Assembly (NCBI GenBank): GCA_030950745.1
Contig: JAUZQZ010000024.1
Coordinates: forward strand, 1 to 59,505
Source: Mariprofundaceae bacterium
Lineage (GTDB): Bacteria; Pseudomonadota; Zetaproteobacteria; Mariprofundales; Mariprofundaceae
DNA length: 59,505 bases
Reading direction: 5' to 3'
Below are positions 27,223 through 37,000 of this stretch, in pieces. A program made the translations under genes and the position numbers. The notes under the pieces were generated by a model, which ran no database searches, had not been told where the DNA came from, and saw only the letters and a program-made list of their open reading frames with translations. Positions within the stretch are counted from its first letter, which is position 1, and every line of letters begins with the position of its first letter.

Positions 27223-28252
27223 ACTTGCATTGGCTGGCCAACAGACTGGTTAATGACCTGGAGGTCAGAAGACCAATCCCTTCGGATGCATCGTGGCCAT
27301 AACTGCAATAGGAAAGTGCAATTCTTGATGCGGCGCCCCAGTTGACCAGCTTGCCGGTCATGCAGGTTTCATCGACCTTACTGTATGCAAGGTCGGTGAT
27401 GTTCAGTGCCGATGCGGCATCGATAAGGTTCATTCCATCACTCTCGTCCAGGTTGGCTGGCATCACCAGCATCCGGCGGCTGGCAGATAAGGATTTCCAC
27501 AGTTTCCGTTGGCGCCGGAGAGCGCCGGGTTGTTGTGGACTCCAGCCTTCCGTATCTACTAGCACCAATCGTGCCGATTTTGTTTTAGCTATAACTCTGG
27601 ATGCCTGATCCGGGTGCCGCAGGGAATGTATGGGAACGCCGAGCACTTCGGCATAAGCCGTGAGAGTATCCAGGCCGCCCATACGTTCGGTATCGGTGCT
27701 GATAAAAGCGGTGGAGACTCCCTTAAGGCTGTAATACGTTGCCAGCTTTGCCGCCATTGTGGTTTTTCCAGCACCGGAAGGCCCGGTCAGCAATACGATT
27801 TCCCGGTGTTTCTTCAAATTAAGCTTTTTCCCCCACTTTAACAGGGAGGCACATACAGGCGCACGATTGGCGAAGGCGACCGCCATGTCCGCTGCATGGC
27901 TGGCGGTTACGCCAAGCAGAAGGAGTTGGTCAAAAGCACTTTGTGCAGCAGCACTGGGCAGTGTGACGCGCAGCCCGTCCGCTTCCTGCTTGCTTAAACC
28001 CGTAATGATGCGTTCCAGCCGTTGCATGGAGGCTTCCAGCCGTTTCTTTGTTTCAGGCTCTGACGCGGCAAATTTCGGTTGTGCATAAGATTTTTTTTCC
28101 ACATCCAGTGCTGCATGCACATGCCATATTTTTTCCTGGTTACCATTAATCTTCTGGTCCCGGTCCAGAATGATGGCATCCGGGCCCAATTCCCGGCGTA
28201 CAAGGGCCAGGGCTTCATGTAATTTGGGGGCGGAGAATACGCGGATTTGCAT
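27197..28252 (-). CDS. flhF: SRP-type GTPase FlhF
   Basis: MQIRVFSAP..., G1 LTGPSGAGKTT, DTEG. The last 8 codons and the stop lie inside repeat copy B. Confidence 0.85.
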   Translation of the reverse strand: MQIRVFSAPKLHEALALVRRELGPDAIILDRDQKINGNQEKIWHVHAALDVEKKSYAQPKFAASEPETKKRLEASMQRLERIITGLSKQEADGLRVTLPSAAAQSAFDQLLLLGVTASHAADMAVAFANRAPVCASLLKWGKKLNLKKHREIVLLTGPSGAGKTTMAAKLATYYSLKGVSTAFISTDTERMGGLDTLTAYAEVLGVPIHSLRHPDQASRVIAKTKSARLVLVDTEGWSPQQPGALRRQRKLWKSLSASRRMLVMPANLDESDGMNLIDAASALNITDLAYSKVDETCMTGKLVNWGAASRIALSYCSYGHDASEGIGLLTSRSLTSLLASQCKSRTTHESP

Positions 28253-28264
28253 TTAGTATTCCAC

Positions 28265-30337
28265 CTAGATACCCACCTGTTCCAATGGGTGGACCGTGAT
28301 ATTGGATGGAACTTCAGCAATGGATAGCACAGCAATCCTTGGCATGATGCGGTTTAATGCCTTGGCCAGCGAGTGACGTAGTTGAGGTGAAGTCAGGATA
28401 ACCGGCGTATCTACATCATGGCGGGCAACCACATCGCTCAGGCGTGCAGTGAAACGTTGCCAGTGCTGGATATCCATGGGCAGAGTAGCGCCACTCTGAG
28501 CTACGGCACGATCATTCATGTCCTGTTCCAGTTCTGATTCCAGAGCGAAGACGTGTAATTCACCTTGGGAGTCCAGATGATGCTGGACAATGGAGCGTCC
28601 AAGGCGGGTGCGTACGCGTTCGGTCAGAATATCCGCATCGCGTTGCTCTCCACCCGCGTCTGCCAGTGTTTCAAGGATAACCATGAGATCACGGATAGGG
28701 ACCCATTCGGCAAGTAAACGTTGCAACACATTCTGGAGCAGGCCCAATGACACCTGTGCCGGCACAATGTCCTCTACGATCTTGGGATAACGTTCGGACA
28801 GGCCATCCAGCAGTTCCCTGACCTGTGCACGATCCAGAATCTCATGCGCATGCCGGCGCAGGAGTTCGGTGATGTGGGTGATGATGACCGTCGCAGGTTC
28901 CACGACCGTATAGCCGGATAGTTCGGCCTGTTGCCGTTTGTCGTTGTCGATCCACAGGGCTGGAAGTCCAAAGGCCGGTTCTTGTGTGGCGACGCCTTCC
29001 ACTTGCTCGCCAGTCTGCTGGCCTTCAAGCGCCAGTAAATTGCGTGGACGAATTTCGCTGCGCCCTACCTCTGCGCCACGAATCAGGACACGGTAATCAC
29101 CTACGCCTAATTGCAAGTTGTCCTTGATATGTACCGGCGGGAGTACAAAACCGATATCACGGGTAATTTGACGCCGCACGGCTTGTAGACGGTCCAGAAG
29201 ATTGCCGTCACGGCCCGATTCCACCAGATCGATTAGCCCGTACCCCACCTCCAGACGGATGGGATCCAGTACCAGTAATTCGGAAAGGCGTTCATCCGGT
29301 TTGGCTTCCACGGGCGTGGCATCTGCTTCTGTTGCGGCTGTTCCTTCTTCCGCGTCAGAGACGGTGTGCAGATACCATGCGGTAATACCCAACGCCACGG
29401 ATAGCAGTAGGAAAGGAATAAATGGCAATCCGGGAACCAGCGCCATGAGTAGCAGGGCGCCGGAGGCGACCATATGCACACGCGGGTTCTGAGTGAATTG
29501 GCGGGAGAGTTCCTGCGGGAGGGCAGCCGAACCACCGGCACGAGTAATGATAATGCCCGCCGCAGTTGAGATGACCAGCGCCGGTATTTGCGATACGAGA
29601 CCATCACCCACCGTCAAAATACTGTACACATTGACGGCATCGGAAAGCGGCATACCTTGTTGCATTGTGCCAATGACCAGACCGGCAAAAATATTAATAG
29701 CCGTGATGACCAGACCTGCGATGGCATCGCCACGAACAAATTTACTGGCACCGTCCATGGCACCGTAGAATTCAGCCTCGCGAGCAATAAACTCACGTCT
29801 TGTATGTGCTGTTTTGTCATCAAGCAGGCCAGCATTGAGATCTGCGTCAATGGCCATCTGCTTGCCGGGCATCGCATCCAGAGTGAAGCGGGCGGCTACT
29901 TCGGCAATACGTGTGGATCCCTTGGTGATGACGATAAAGTTAATCAGAACCAGAATTAAAAAGAGAATCAGTCCAACCACGGTGTTGCCACCGACGACAA
30001 ACTGACCGAAGCCTTCAATGACACGGCCTGCGGCCGCCGGACCCTCCTGTCCGTGCAACAGGATCAGACGTGTGCTGGCGACATTCAGTGCCAGCCGGAA
30101 CAGCGTGGTGAGCAGAAGCAGTGAGGGGAATACGGAAAAATCCAGTGGCTTGAGCACATAGATAGATGTCAGAAGAATGACGATTCCAATTGTAATATTG
30201 GCGGCCAGCATCACATCCATCAGCCATGTCGGCATGGGCACCATCATGATGAGCAGGATGCCCAGCACGCCGATAGCCAGCACCACATCCGAGTGTCGTC
30301 CAAAGCGTTGAATTGCAAGGGTTGCCATTGCTTGCAT
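28265..30337 (-). CDS. flhA: Flagellar export apparatus protein FlhA
   Basis: 690 aa with a conserved FHIPEP-type TM region and a cytoplasmic domain. Confidence 0.95.
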   Translation of the reverse strand: MQAMATLAIQRFGRHSDVVLAIGVLGILLIMMVPMPTWLMDVMLAANITIGIVILLTSIYVLKPLDFSVFPSLLLLTTLFRLALNVASTRLILLHGQEGPAAAGRVIEGFGQFVVGGNTVVGLILFLILVLINFIVITKGSTRIAEVAARFTLDAMPGKQMAIDADLNAGLLDDKTAHTRREFIAREAEFYGAMDGASKFVRGDAIAGLVITAINIFAGLVIGTMQQGMPLSDAVNVYSILTVGDGLVSQIPALVISTAAGIIITRAGGSAALPQELSRQFTQNPRVHMVASGALLLMALVPGLPFIPFLLLSVALGITAWYLHTVSDAEEGTAATEADATPVEAKPDERLSELLVLDPIRLEVGYGLIDLVESGRDGNLLDRLQAVRRQITRDIGFVLPPVHIKDNLQLGVGDYRVLIRGAEVGRSEIRPRNLLALEGQQTGEQVEGVATQEPAFGLPALWIDNDKRQQAELSGYTVVEPATVIITHITELLRRHAHEILDRAQVRELLDGLSERYPKIVEDIVPAQVSLGLLQNVLQRLLAEWVPIRDLMVILETLADAGGEQRDADILTERVRTRLGRSIVQHHLDSQGELHVFALESELEQDMNDRAVAQSGATLPMDIQHWQRFTARLSDVVARHDVDTPVILTSPQLRHSLAKALNRIMPRIAVLSIAEVPSNITVHPLEQVGI

Positions 30338-30343
30338 GATGTT

Positions 30344-31426
30344 TTATACCCCCTGTGCCGTAGTGCGTATGCGGAATATCTCCGCCAGAATGATGGCTAC
30401 GGCTTCATACAATTCTTCGGGTATTTCATTCCCGATCTTCACACCCTTATACAAGGACCTTGCCAAAGGTTTGTTTTCACGAATGGGGATACGGTTTTCA
30501 CGCGCAATTTCACGGATTTTTTCGGCAGTTTTCCCTTTGCCCTTTGCAAGTAACTTTGGTGCTCTCGGTATTCCGGGTTTATAGGCGAGTGCGATAGCGA
30601 TGTGTGTCGGATTGGTGATGATAACATCTGCCTTGGGTACGTCAGTCATCATGCGATTGCGAGCCTGCTCCTGCTGAATCTGGCGAATCTTGGCCTTGAG
30701 TTGGGGATCGCCTTCGGTGTCCTTGTTTTCATCCTTCAGCTCTTTTTTGGACATGCGCAATCCCTTGGCATGTTCCCAACGTTGATAGAGCACATCTGCC
30801 AGGGCAATGAAGAAGAAAATGAGTGCCGAGAGCGCAGCAATTGCGAGCGTGCCCTGGACAGCCAGTCGGCCAATAGCGCCAACATTGGTGCGGCTGGATA
30901 ACAGTGCATCAGGCAGGAGTCCGTTCAGAACGACCCAGCACGCCAGGGAAATGACACATAATTTCAATACAGATTTAACAAACTCAGCCAGACCTTTGGT
31001 GGAGAACATACGTTTGAAACCAGCCATCGGGCTTATTTTTTCCAGTTTTGGCTTAAGTGTCTCGAAAGTGAATACCGGCCCGGATACCATGACGGCAACC
31101 AACATGCCTAATATCATCATGGGAAGCACAATGGGTAGAACAATCATCCCTATGTCGCCGCTAATCGAAAACAAAAGCGATTGCATGCCGGAGCCATCGA
31201 TTCGGAGTATTTCCGTTCCACTCGAAAGATAGTGGCGCATCATGTGTGTTGCATGTTGCAGAGTCCATGATCCAATACCGGTGATTCCAAGCCCGGCTAA
31301 AACAAGAAATGCAATGGCCGTCGATGGCTCCTTACTGCTGGGGACCTGACCTTTTTCGCGTGCGTCCTCAATCTTTTTTGGACTCGCTTCCTCAGTTTGC
31401 TGGGATTTATCCTGTTCGTCAGGCAT
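30344..31426 (-). CDS. flhB: Flagellar export switch protein FlhB
   Basis: EKTE-like N-terminus, 4 TM, and the autocleavage motif ITNPTHIAIAL. Confidence 0.95.
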   Translation of the reverse strand: MPDEQDKSQQTEEASPKKIEDAREKGQVPSSKEPSTAIAFLVLAGLGITGIGSWTLQHATHMMRHYLSSGTEILRIDGSGMQSLLFSISGDIGMIVLPIVLPMMILGMLVAVMVSGPVFTFETLKPKLEKISPMAGFKRMFSTKGLAEFVKSVLKLCVISLACWVVLNGLLPDALLSSRTNVGAIGRLAVQGTLAIAALSALIFFFIALADVLYQRWEHAKGLRMSKKELKDENKDTEGDPQLKAKIRQIQQEQARNRMMTDVPKADVIITNPTHIAIALAYKPGIPRAPKLLAKGKGKTAEKIREIARENRIPIRENKPLARSLYKGVKIGNEIPEELYEAVAIILAEIFRIRTTAQGV

Positions 31427-31429
31427 GTT

Positions 31430-32212
31430 CTATCCGCCTGCCAGTATGTGCAGAAATTGAGGGATGCGATGATTCAATCCACTGAATTCGTCATGCACCA
31501 GTGCCAGGAAAGCTGGCAGGGAGAGGGCGAAAACCAGCATGCCCAGGCCAATGGTGAGAGGAAAACTAACGAAAAAGATTTGGATCTGTGGAACGGCCCG
31601 GGATAGCAATCCAAGAGCAACATAGGTAAAGAGCAGCAGCAACAATACAGGGGCGGCTAGACGCAAACCAAGAACGAATATGTTTGCCGCAGCATCATTG
31701 AGCGTTTGCCATCCCGTGAATGACCAGGCATGACCAATCGGGAGGGTTGTAAAAGAATCGGCGATTGCCATCAGAAAAGCGTGATGTCCGCCTGTTACAA
31801 GCCATATCAGCATGGACAGGACAACGGCCATCTGTCCCACGATGGCAATTTGGGCATTGGTGGACGGATCGAACACATTGGCAATGGCCATGCCCATCTG
31901 GTAACTCATGATTTGGCCAGCCAGCTGTACAGCGGCGAAGATAAGTTGGGCAAACATGGCCAGCATGGCACCAATGAGAATCTCCTGACCGGCAATGAGA
32001 CTGAATGCGACAGGGGATGGCGGGATTGCAGGTACGATGGGGCGGATAACCGGATAAAGAAGAATGGAAATCATTCCAATGAGGCCAATTTTAACCTGCG
32101 ATGGTACCAGTTGATGCCCGAGAATGGGTAGGAACATGATCATGGCGGAGACACGCAGTAGAATCAGAAATGCGATAGTGACATCATCTGTGGTGAGAAG
32201 CGGAAAATTCAT
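31430..32212 (-). CDS. fliR: Flagellar export protein FliR
   Basis: 260-aa polytopic protein following fliQ, with family-typical sequence. Confidence 0.9.
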   Translation of the reverse strand: MNFPLLTTDDVTIAFLILLRVSAMIMFLPILGHQLVPSQVKIGLIGMISILLYPVIRPIVPAIPPSPVAFSLIAGQEILIGAMLAMFAQLIFAAVQLAGQIMSYQMGMAIANVFDPSTNAQIAIVGQMAVVLSMLIWLVTGGHHAFLMAIADSFTTLPIGHAWSFTGWQTLNDAAANIFVLGLRLAAPVLLLLLFTYVALGLLSRAVPQIQIFFVSFPLTIGLGMLVFALSLPAFLALVHDEFSGLNHRIPQFLHILAGG

Positions 32213-32217
32213 TCAGG

Positions 32218-32487
32218 TTAACGCAAGAGTCCCGGTATGCTTTCGATGAGTTGGCGGGTGAATGTAACCATGGTCCTGGTTAGCCATGGTGCGACAATTA
32301 CCATGCTGCCAAATACAGCAATAATTTTGGGAACGAAGGTCAGGGTCATTTCCTGAATTTGGGTCACAGCTTGAAACAGAGAGATGGCCACACCAACAAT
32401 AAGGGCAACAGCCAGCATGGGCAGGGATAGCCACAAGACCATGTACAGCGCCTGGGTACCCAAATGAATGACGGTATCGGGGTTCAT
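32218..32487 (-). CDS. fliQ: Flagellar export protein FliQ
   Basis: 89 aa. MNPDTVIHLGTQALYMVLWLSLPML...QEMTLTFVPKI. Confidence 0.9.
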   Translation of the reverse strand: MNPDTVIHLGTQALYMVLWLSLPMLAVALIVGVAISLFQAVTQIQEMTLTFVPKIIAVFGSMVIVAPWLTRTMVTFTRQLIESIPGLLR

Positions 32488-32498
32488 GTCCTAATGAA

Positions 32499-32514
32499 GC
32501 AAACCTGGGGCCAA
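32499..32514 (-). promoter_or_regulatory. Sigma-54-like motif abutting the fliQ start codon
   Basis: Minus strand TTGGCCCCAGGTTTGC (TGGCCC-N5-TTGC). Exactly 11 nt lie between the GC element and the ATG of fliQ, so the predicted +1 is the A of ATG. No SD is present. Confidence 0.3.
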
Positions 32515-32546
32515 TTTGAACAACAGGAGCAGGGGAGGTGACGGTT

Positions 32547-32587
32547 GCCCCGGCGCAAGCATCACAGCGATTCATGAATAGTGCAGG
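32547..32587. repeat. Partial copy D of the same repeat (one end only)
   Basis: GCCCCGGCGCAAGCATCACAGCGATTCATGAATAGTGCAGG matches the right end of copy A (CCCTGCGCAATCATCACGGCGATTCATGAATAGTCCCGG). The other half is not recognisable. Confidence 0.7.
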
Positions 32588-32682
32588 CCAGATGCCGTAA
32601 CGCAGAACCGGGCTGCATGTAAGGCTTTCTCCGGGCCAGTCGCCGCATACGGTTTAATTAATGTTGCGGTGAGTGGTCCGGA

Positions 32683-35600
32683 TTAGCTGTTCATGGCACG
32701 GTGCAAGATTTGTACAAGATGTGTCTTCGAATACGGTTTGTGCAGGAAACCTGCGGTTTTCTTCTTCATGAAATCATCGGAGAGGTGCGTTTCACTATAA
32801 CCGGATGCCAGAATAATCGGAATATTCGGGCGCATGTCATGCATTTTGCGGCAGGCCTCTTTGCCATTCATACGTGGCATGTTCATGTCCAGCAGGACTA
32901 CTGTAATTTGATCCTTATTTTTTTGAAAAGCCTCCACACCGGCTTGACCATCTTCGGCCACGAGTACATCAAACCCCATATGTTTCAATAACGACGATGC
33001 TGTTTCGCGGACGATTTCCTCATCATCCACCACCAGGGCCACCCCCGAAAAACGAGTGTTTATTTCCGGGCCCTCCGAGTGTTGCACCTCGTCCACGTGA
33101 TATTCGACCTTCGGGAACAGGATTCTGAATGTTGTTCCCTCGCCTTCTCTGCTACGCAGATGGAGCGCTCCGTGATGTTGGCTGACGATGCCCAGCAAAG
33201 CACTCATGCCCAGCCCTCGTCCGGTGCGCTTGGTAGTGAAGAAGGGATCGAACATCCTTGTTTTTGTTTGTACATTCATACCGCATCCGTTATCGCTCAC
33301 CTCCAGAAATACATACTGACCTTCCTGCGGGCCCTCCGTACCGAGGCAAGCCTTCAGATAGCTTGCATCCCCCTGCATGACACCGGTTGTGATTGTAATG
33401 GAGCCATTTTCCCCTTGCATGGCCTCATTCGCGTTGGTGATAAGATTCATAAGCACCTGTTCCATTTGCGATTCGTCCGCTTCAATAGAAGGAAGGGATG
33501 TTTCGAGGTGTTTTTCCAACGTCACATTCTTGCCCAGCGACACCTCCAGCATAGCGGAAATATCGTTAACCAGAGTGGATATGTTCATGGGTTTGGCCAC
33601 ACGTTTTCCCTTACCGGCATAGGCAAGCATTTGATGGCATAGATTTCCCGCCCGTCGACTGCTGACCTCAATCTTGTGCAAATGTTCCTGCACCGCTGAT
33701 GTGCGTTCCAGCTTCATGCGCGCCAGTGAAGCATTGCCCAGAATCGCTGTCAGAATGTTATTAAAATCATGAGCGATGCCGCCTGCCAATACACCCAGAC
33801 TTTCCAGACGTTGTGTGTGCTCCAGCCTGGCTTGCTGTGCATATTTCTCCGTCACGTCAAAGTCGATCCCGACATGGTAATGTGTTTCTCCCATTTCCGT
33901 TACCGGCGCCACCTTGCGAATAACTGTTCGTTTACATCCCTTGGCATTCGGAACGGTGAATTCACCCTCCCACGATTCGCCCCGGTTCAAACGGGAGAGT
34001 ATTTTGCGGTAGTCGATATCATCCTTGTCACCACCGCGGAACTCCGCAGCATATCTGCCAAGCATCTGATCAGGTTCCAGTCCGGACTCCCGGGCGAAAG
34101 CAGAGTTGCAATAGGTGATTTTCCCTTCGGAGTTGGCTATGAAAATACCTTCCGGCGCGTGCTCCACCGCAACACGAAGGCGCCGGGCTTCCGCCTCGGC
34201 TTCCTTTCGTACGCTTAAATCATGAATAATGACTTCGATTGCAGGTCTTCCCTGATATTTGACCGGCAGCGCCGTCACCTCGGCATCGAATACGGATCCA
34301 TCCAGCCTTTGTAGCTTCTCTTCAACGGGGGGCATCGGTAGCTGGACTGCCTTGCCCATGCGCTTCATGACCATGGATTGCATATCCGCATGCACAAAAT
34401 TCAGTATGGGCATGCCTAACATGCTATGCACAGTAGCACCGAACAGTTTGGCTGCGGCGGCATTGGCGTACACAATTTTACCTTGGCAGTGCATCATAAC
34501 AGCATCGGGAATGACCTCCACAAGCTGGCGCAGCGTTTCTTCTTTTCTGTCATGTTCAATCGCGATAGCGGCAAGATTTGCAGCACTTTCGATCACTTGA
34601 ATCTCATGGTCTGACGGACTGCGGATGCCGGTATAATACATGGCAAAGGTTCCAAGCACGTTTTCCTCTGCATCCATCACAGGTTGGGACCAGCAGGCAC
34701 GCAGTCCGTGATGCAGTGCCATTTCCCTGTACGGCGCCCATAACGGATCAGTGGCAATATCCGCAACAACAACTCTTTTTTTGCGGTATGCCGCCGTACC
34801 GCAGGAGCCAACACAAGGGCCGATTTCCAAACCGTTTACCGCTTTGTTCCATGCCTCCGGCAGATGTGGGGCCGCACCATGCTGCAAACATTTCCCTTTA
34901 TGATTGAGCAACAGGATGGAACAAACCATGCCGGGACAAAATTCCTCAACACGAAACGCCAGTGTTTCAAGTACCGACTCCAGCCCTTGCTTGGCAGCGG
35001 TGATGGTTTTCAATACCTGGGACTGAAGATTTAACAGTTCCTCATGGTGCTTTCGTTGATCCGCTTCCTGCTGTAACTCCCGGGCAAGTCTGGAACTCTG
35101 GTGTTCATGTGTCAGGCTTCGGAGCACCATGGCATGATTACGGATAACGATGGCCCACATAGCCGCTGTGAATACGACAAGAATGATTCCGGTGGTAATA
35201 TAAACCCTGTCTGGTTGTGTCAGACACCAAATAATGACAGGGATCAGGGCGGGTAAGGAAAAAGCATTAAAAACAGTGATAGACGCGGCATATGAAGCGC
35301 TGGCACCGACCACCATGCCGCCAAGAATCAGGATAACGAATATCTGGTATTCCAGTGGTGATTGTTGCAGGAATATCACGCTTCCGGCACTCCAGATGGT
35401 GCCGGCCATAAAGGCAAGCCACACAAGTGTTCTATGGTGGCTTACAACGTATTTCATGGAAGCTTCCATGCGTTGCAATTTGCGTACCAGAAGTTGGCGT
35501 CCCAGCGTAAACATGACCATCACCGCTAGCCATGCAGTCAGCCACGTGTGGTTTACAACATCCCACAGCATGGAAGTCAGCAAGCTGGCGGCGATTAACG

Positions 35601-35709
35601 AAGCAACAAAGGCAATGGGTGACTGTGCATATAAAAGGCGCAGCGTTTCCACGGAAGCGAATGCATCCATGCCGCCGGGGGCCATGTTTTTACGATCATT
35701 GTCAGTCAA
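32683..35709 (-). CDS. Hybrid sensor histidine kinase / response regulator (multi-TM, GAF, 2x PAS, HisKA, HATPase_c, REC)
   Basis: About 6 N-terminal TM helices and a GAF-like segment (ADIATDPLW...GLRACWSQPV). H-box GIAHDFNNIL, N box NLITNANEA, G boxes DNGCGM / GRGLGMS. Receiver domain VVDDEE...LLDMNMP...HKPY. TTG start follows AAGGA. Confidence 0.9.
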   Translation of the reverse strand: MTDNDRKNMAPGGMDAFASVETLRLLYAQSPIAFVASLIAASLLTSMLWDVVNHTWLTAWLAVMVMFTLGRQLLVRKLQRMEASMKYVVSHHRTLVWLAFMAGTIWSAGSVIFLQQSPLEYQIFVILILGGMVVGASASYAASITVFNAFSLPALIPVIIWCLTQPDRVYITTGIILVVFTAAMWAIVIRNHAMVLRSLTHEHQSSRLARELQQEADQRKHHEELLNLQSQVLKTITAAKQGLESVLETLAFRVEEFCPGMVCSILLLNHKGKCLQHGAAPHLPEAWNKAVNGLEIGPCVGSCGTAAYRKKRVVVADIATDPLWAPYREMALHHGLRACWSQPVMDAEENVLGTFAMYYTGIRSPSDHEIQVIESAANLAAIAIEHDRKEETLRQLVEVIPDAVMMHCQGKIVYANAAAAKLFGATVHSMLGMPILNFVHADMQSMVMKRMGKAVQLPMPPVEEKLQRLDGSVFDAEVTALPVKYQGRPAIEVIIHDLSVRKEAEAEARRLRVAVEHAPEGIFIANSEGKITYCNSAFARESGLEPDQMLGRYAAEFRGGDKDDIDYRKILSRLNRGESWEGEFTVPNAKGCKRTVIRKVAPVTEMGETHYHVGIDFDVTEKYAQQARLEHTQRLESLGVLAGGIAHDFNNILTAILGNASLARMKLERTSAVQEHLHKIEVSSRRAGNLCHQMLAYAGKGKRVAKPMNISTLVNDISAMLEVSLGKNVTLEKHLETSLPSIEADESQMEQVLMNLITNANEAMQGENGSITITTGVMQGDASYLKACLGTEGPQEGQYVFLEVSDNGCGMNVQTKTRMFDPFFTTKRTGRGLGMSALLGIVSQHHGALHLRSREGEGTTFRILFPKVEYHVDEVQHSEGPEINTRFSGVALVVDDEEIVRETASSLLKHMGFDVLVAEDGQAGVEAFQKNKDQITVVLLDMNMPRMNGKEACRKMHDMRPNIPIILASGYSETHLSDDFMKKKTAGFLHKPYSKTHLVQILHRAMNS

Positions 35710-35732
35710 GGTTTTTTCCTTACAGGTTTTGG

Positions 35733-35897
35733 GCTGAACTATTCATGAATCACCGTGATGATCGCGCAAGGCCTTTGTTCGCAATGGATCTCGCGGAAGG
35801 AGGCCGTAGCCGTGCATACGGAGGACCGACGAGGGATTCGGTGCGGACCAAGGAACAAGTGAGGGTGCGGCAGCATTTATGAATAGTTCAAGCTAGC
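35733..35897. repeat. MITE-like palindromic repeat, copy C (opposite orientation, long form)
   Basis: TGAACTATTCATGAATCACCGTGATGATCGCGCAAGGCCTTTGTTCGCAA ... AAGGAACAAGTGAGGGTGCGGCAGCATTTATGAATAGTTCAAGCTAGC matches the reverse complement of copies A and B end to end. Fills the fliP-to-kinase gap. Confidence 0.85.
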
Positions 35898-35898
35898 T

Positions 35899-36696
35899 TC
35901 AGGAGGCAAAACTTTGCAGCAATGACGCGGTAATCAGGTGCCATCCGTCCACCAGTACAAACAGGATAATTTTAAGAGGTAATGAGATCATCACCGGTGG
36001 TAGCATCAGCATACCCATGCTCATCAACACACTGGCCACGACCATGTCCAGTACCACAAACGGGATATAAATGAGAAAGCCGATTTCAAAAGCAGTGCGC
36101 AGTTCACTGATGACAAATGCAGGGATCAGGATATGCATGGGTGTTTTGTCTGCCGAAGCAGGTTTTTCCGCTTTGGCGGCATGTAAAAATAGCAGCAGGT
36201 CATCCTCACGCGTTTGCTTGAGCATGAATGTACGTAAGGGTTTTGTTGCGCGTTCCATGGCCACACTCTGGCTGATTTCCTCGTTGAGGTAGGGTGTCAC
36301 GGCTGTAGCGTCAATTTTTTGCCATACCGGCATCATAATAAAGGCGGTCATAAACAGGGCCAGACCGATTAGAATCTGGTTAGGCGGCGCTTGCTGTGTG
36401 CCAAGCGCCTGCCGCAAAAAAGCGAAGACGATAACGATGCGGGTAAATGAAGTCATCATGACCAGTACCGAAGGTGCAAGAGCCAGTACCGTGAGGACAG
36501 CAATAATTTTCAGGCCGGTGAACCAGTCCTCGGGATTGTCCGAGCCGCCGAGACTGACGGAAAAGGTGGGAATATCGGCTGCTTGTGCGGTATTTGTACA
36601 AAGCAGGAAAACAAACCACAAAGCTATAGAAAGCGATAGAATTTTTGTTGTTTTATAGCATTTTGTGCTATTGTGGGCAGCAAGTCGAGCATTCAT
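35899..36696 (-). CDS. fliP: Flagellar export protein FliP
   Basis: Long signal region and conserved FliP TM/loop sequence (FTRIVIVFAFLRQALGTQQAPPNQILIGLALFMT). Confidence 0.95.
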   Translation of the reverse strand: MNARLAAHNSTKCYKTTKILSLSIALWFVFLLCTNTAQAADIPTFSVSLGGSDNPEDWFTGLKIIAVLTVLALAPSVLVMMTSFTRIVIVFAFLRQALGTQQAPPNQILIGLALFMTAFIMMPVWQKIDATAVTPYLNEEISQSVAMERATKPLRTFMLKQTREDDLLLFLHAAKAEKPASADKTPMHILIPAFVISELRTAFEIGFLIYIPFVVLDMVVASVLMSMGMLMLPPVMISLPLKIILFVLVDGWHLITASLLQSFAS

Positions 36697-36986
36697 GGGG
36701 ATACAATATCCCCTTCTTCCACGGAGGCTTTGTATTCGGCGATTGCAGTCATGTTTGTCGGCGACAGGCCGATCAAATAACGGGTTTCCCCCCGCGCAAG
36801 TTCTACCACGCTGTGCTTTGCATCAATTGCGAAACGCTGTGTGATGTGTGTTTGTCCGTCTGGCGTGCGCATCAGGCGATGTTGCTGCAACCGTTTGAGC
36901 ATCCATATGAGCATGGCAAACAGGGCCAGTACGGCAGCCAGTGCCGAGAAGGACTGTAACAGAAGTGTCAGAAAATTGGCATGCAT
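36693..36986 (-). CDS. fliO: Flagellar protein FliO/FliZ
   Basis: 97 aa with a single N-terminal TM. ATGA overlap with fliP. Sits between fliN and fliP. Confidence 0.6.
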   Translation of the reverse strand: MHANFLTLLLQSFSALAAVLALFAMLIWMLKRLQQHRLMRTPDGQTHITQRFAIDAKHSVVELARGETRYLIGLSPTNMTAIAEYKASVEEGDIVSP

Positions 36987-37000
36987 GGTCTGGTGATTGA

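Noticed and set aside
32213-32575. 120-aa minus-strand ORF overlapping fliQ in another frame
   Set aside because: It begins inside the partial repeat D, is Pro/Gly/Cys/His-rich with no family features, and overlaps the well-conserved fliQ reading frame.
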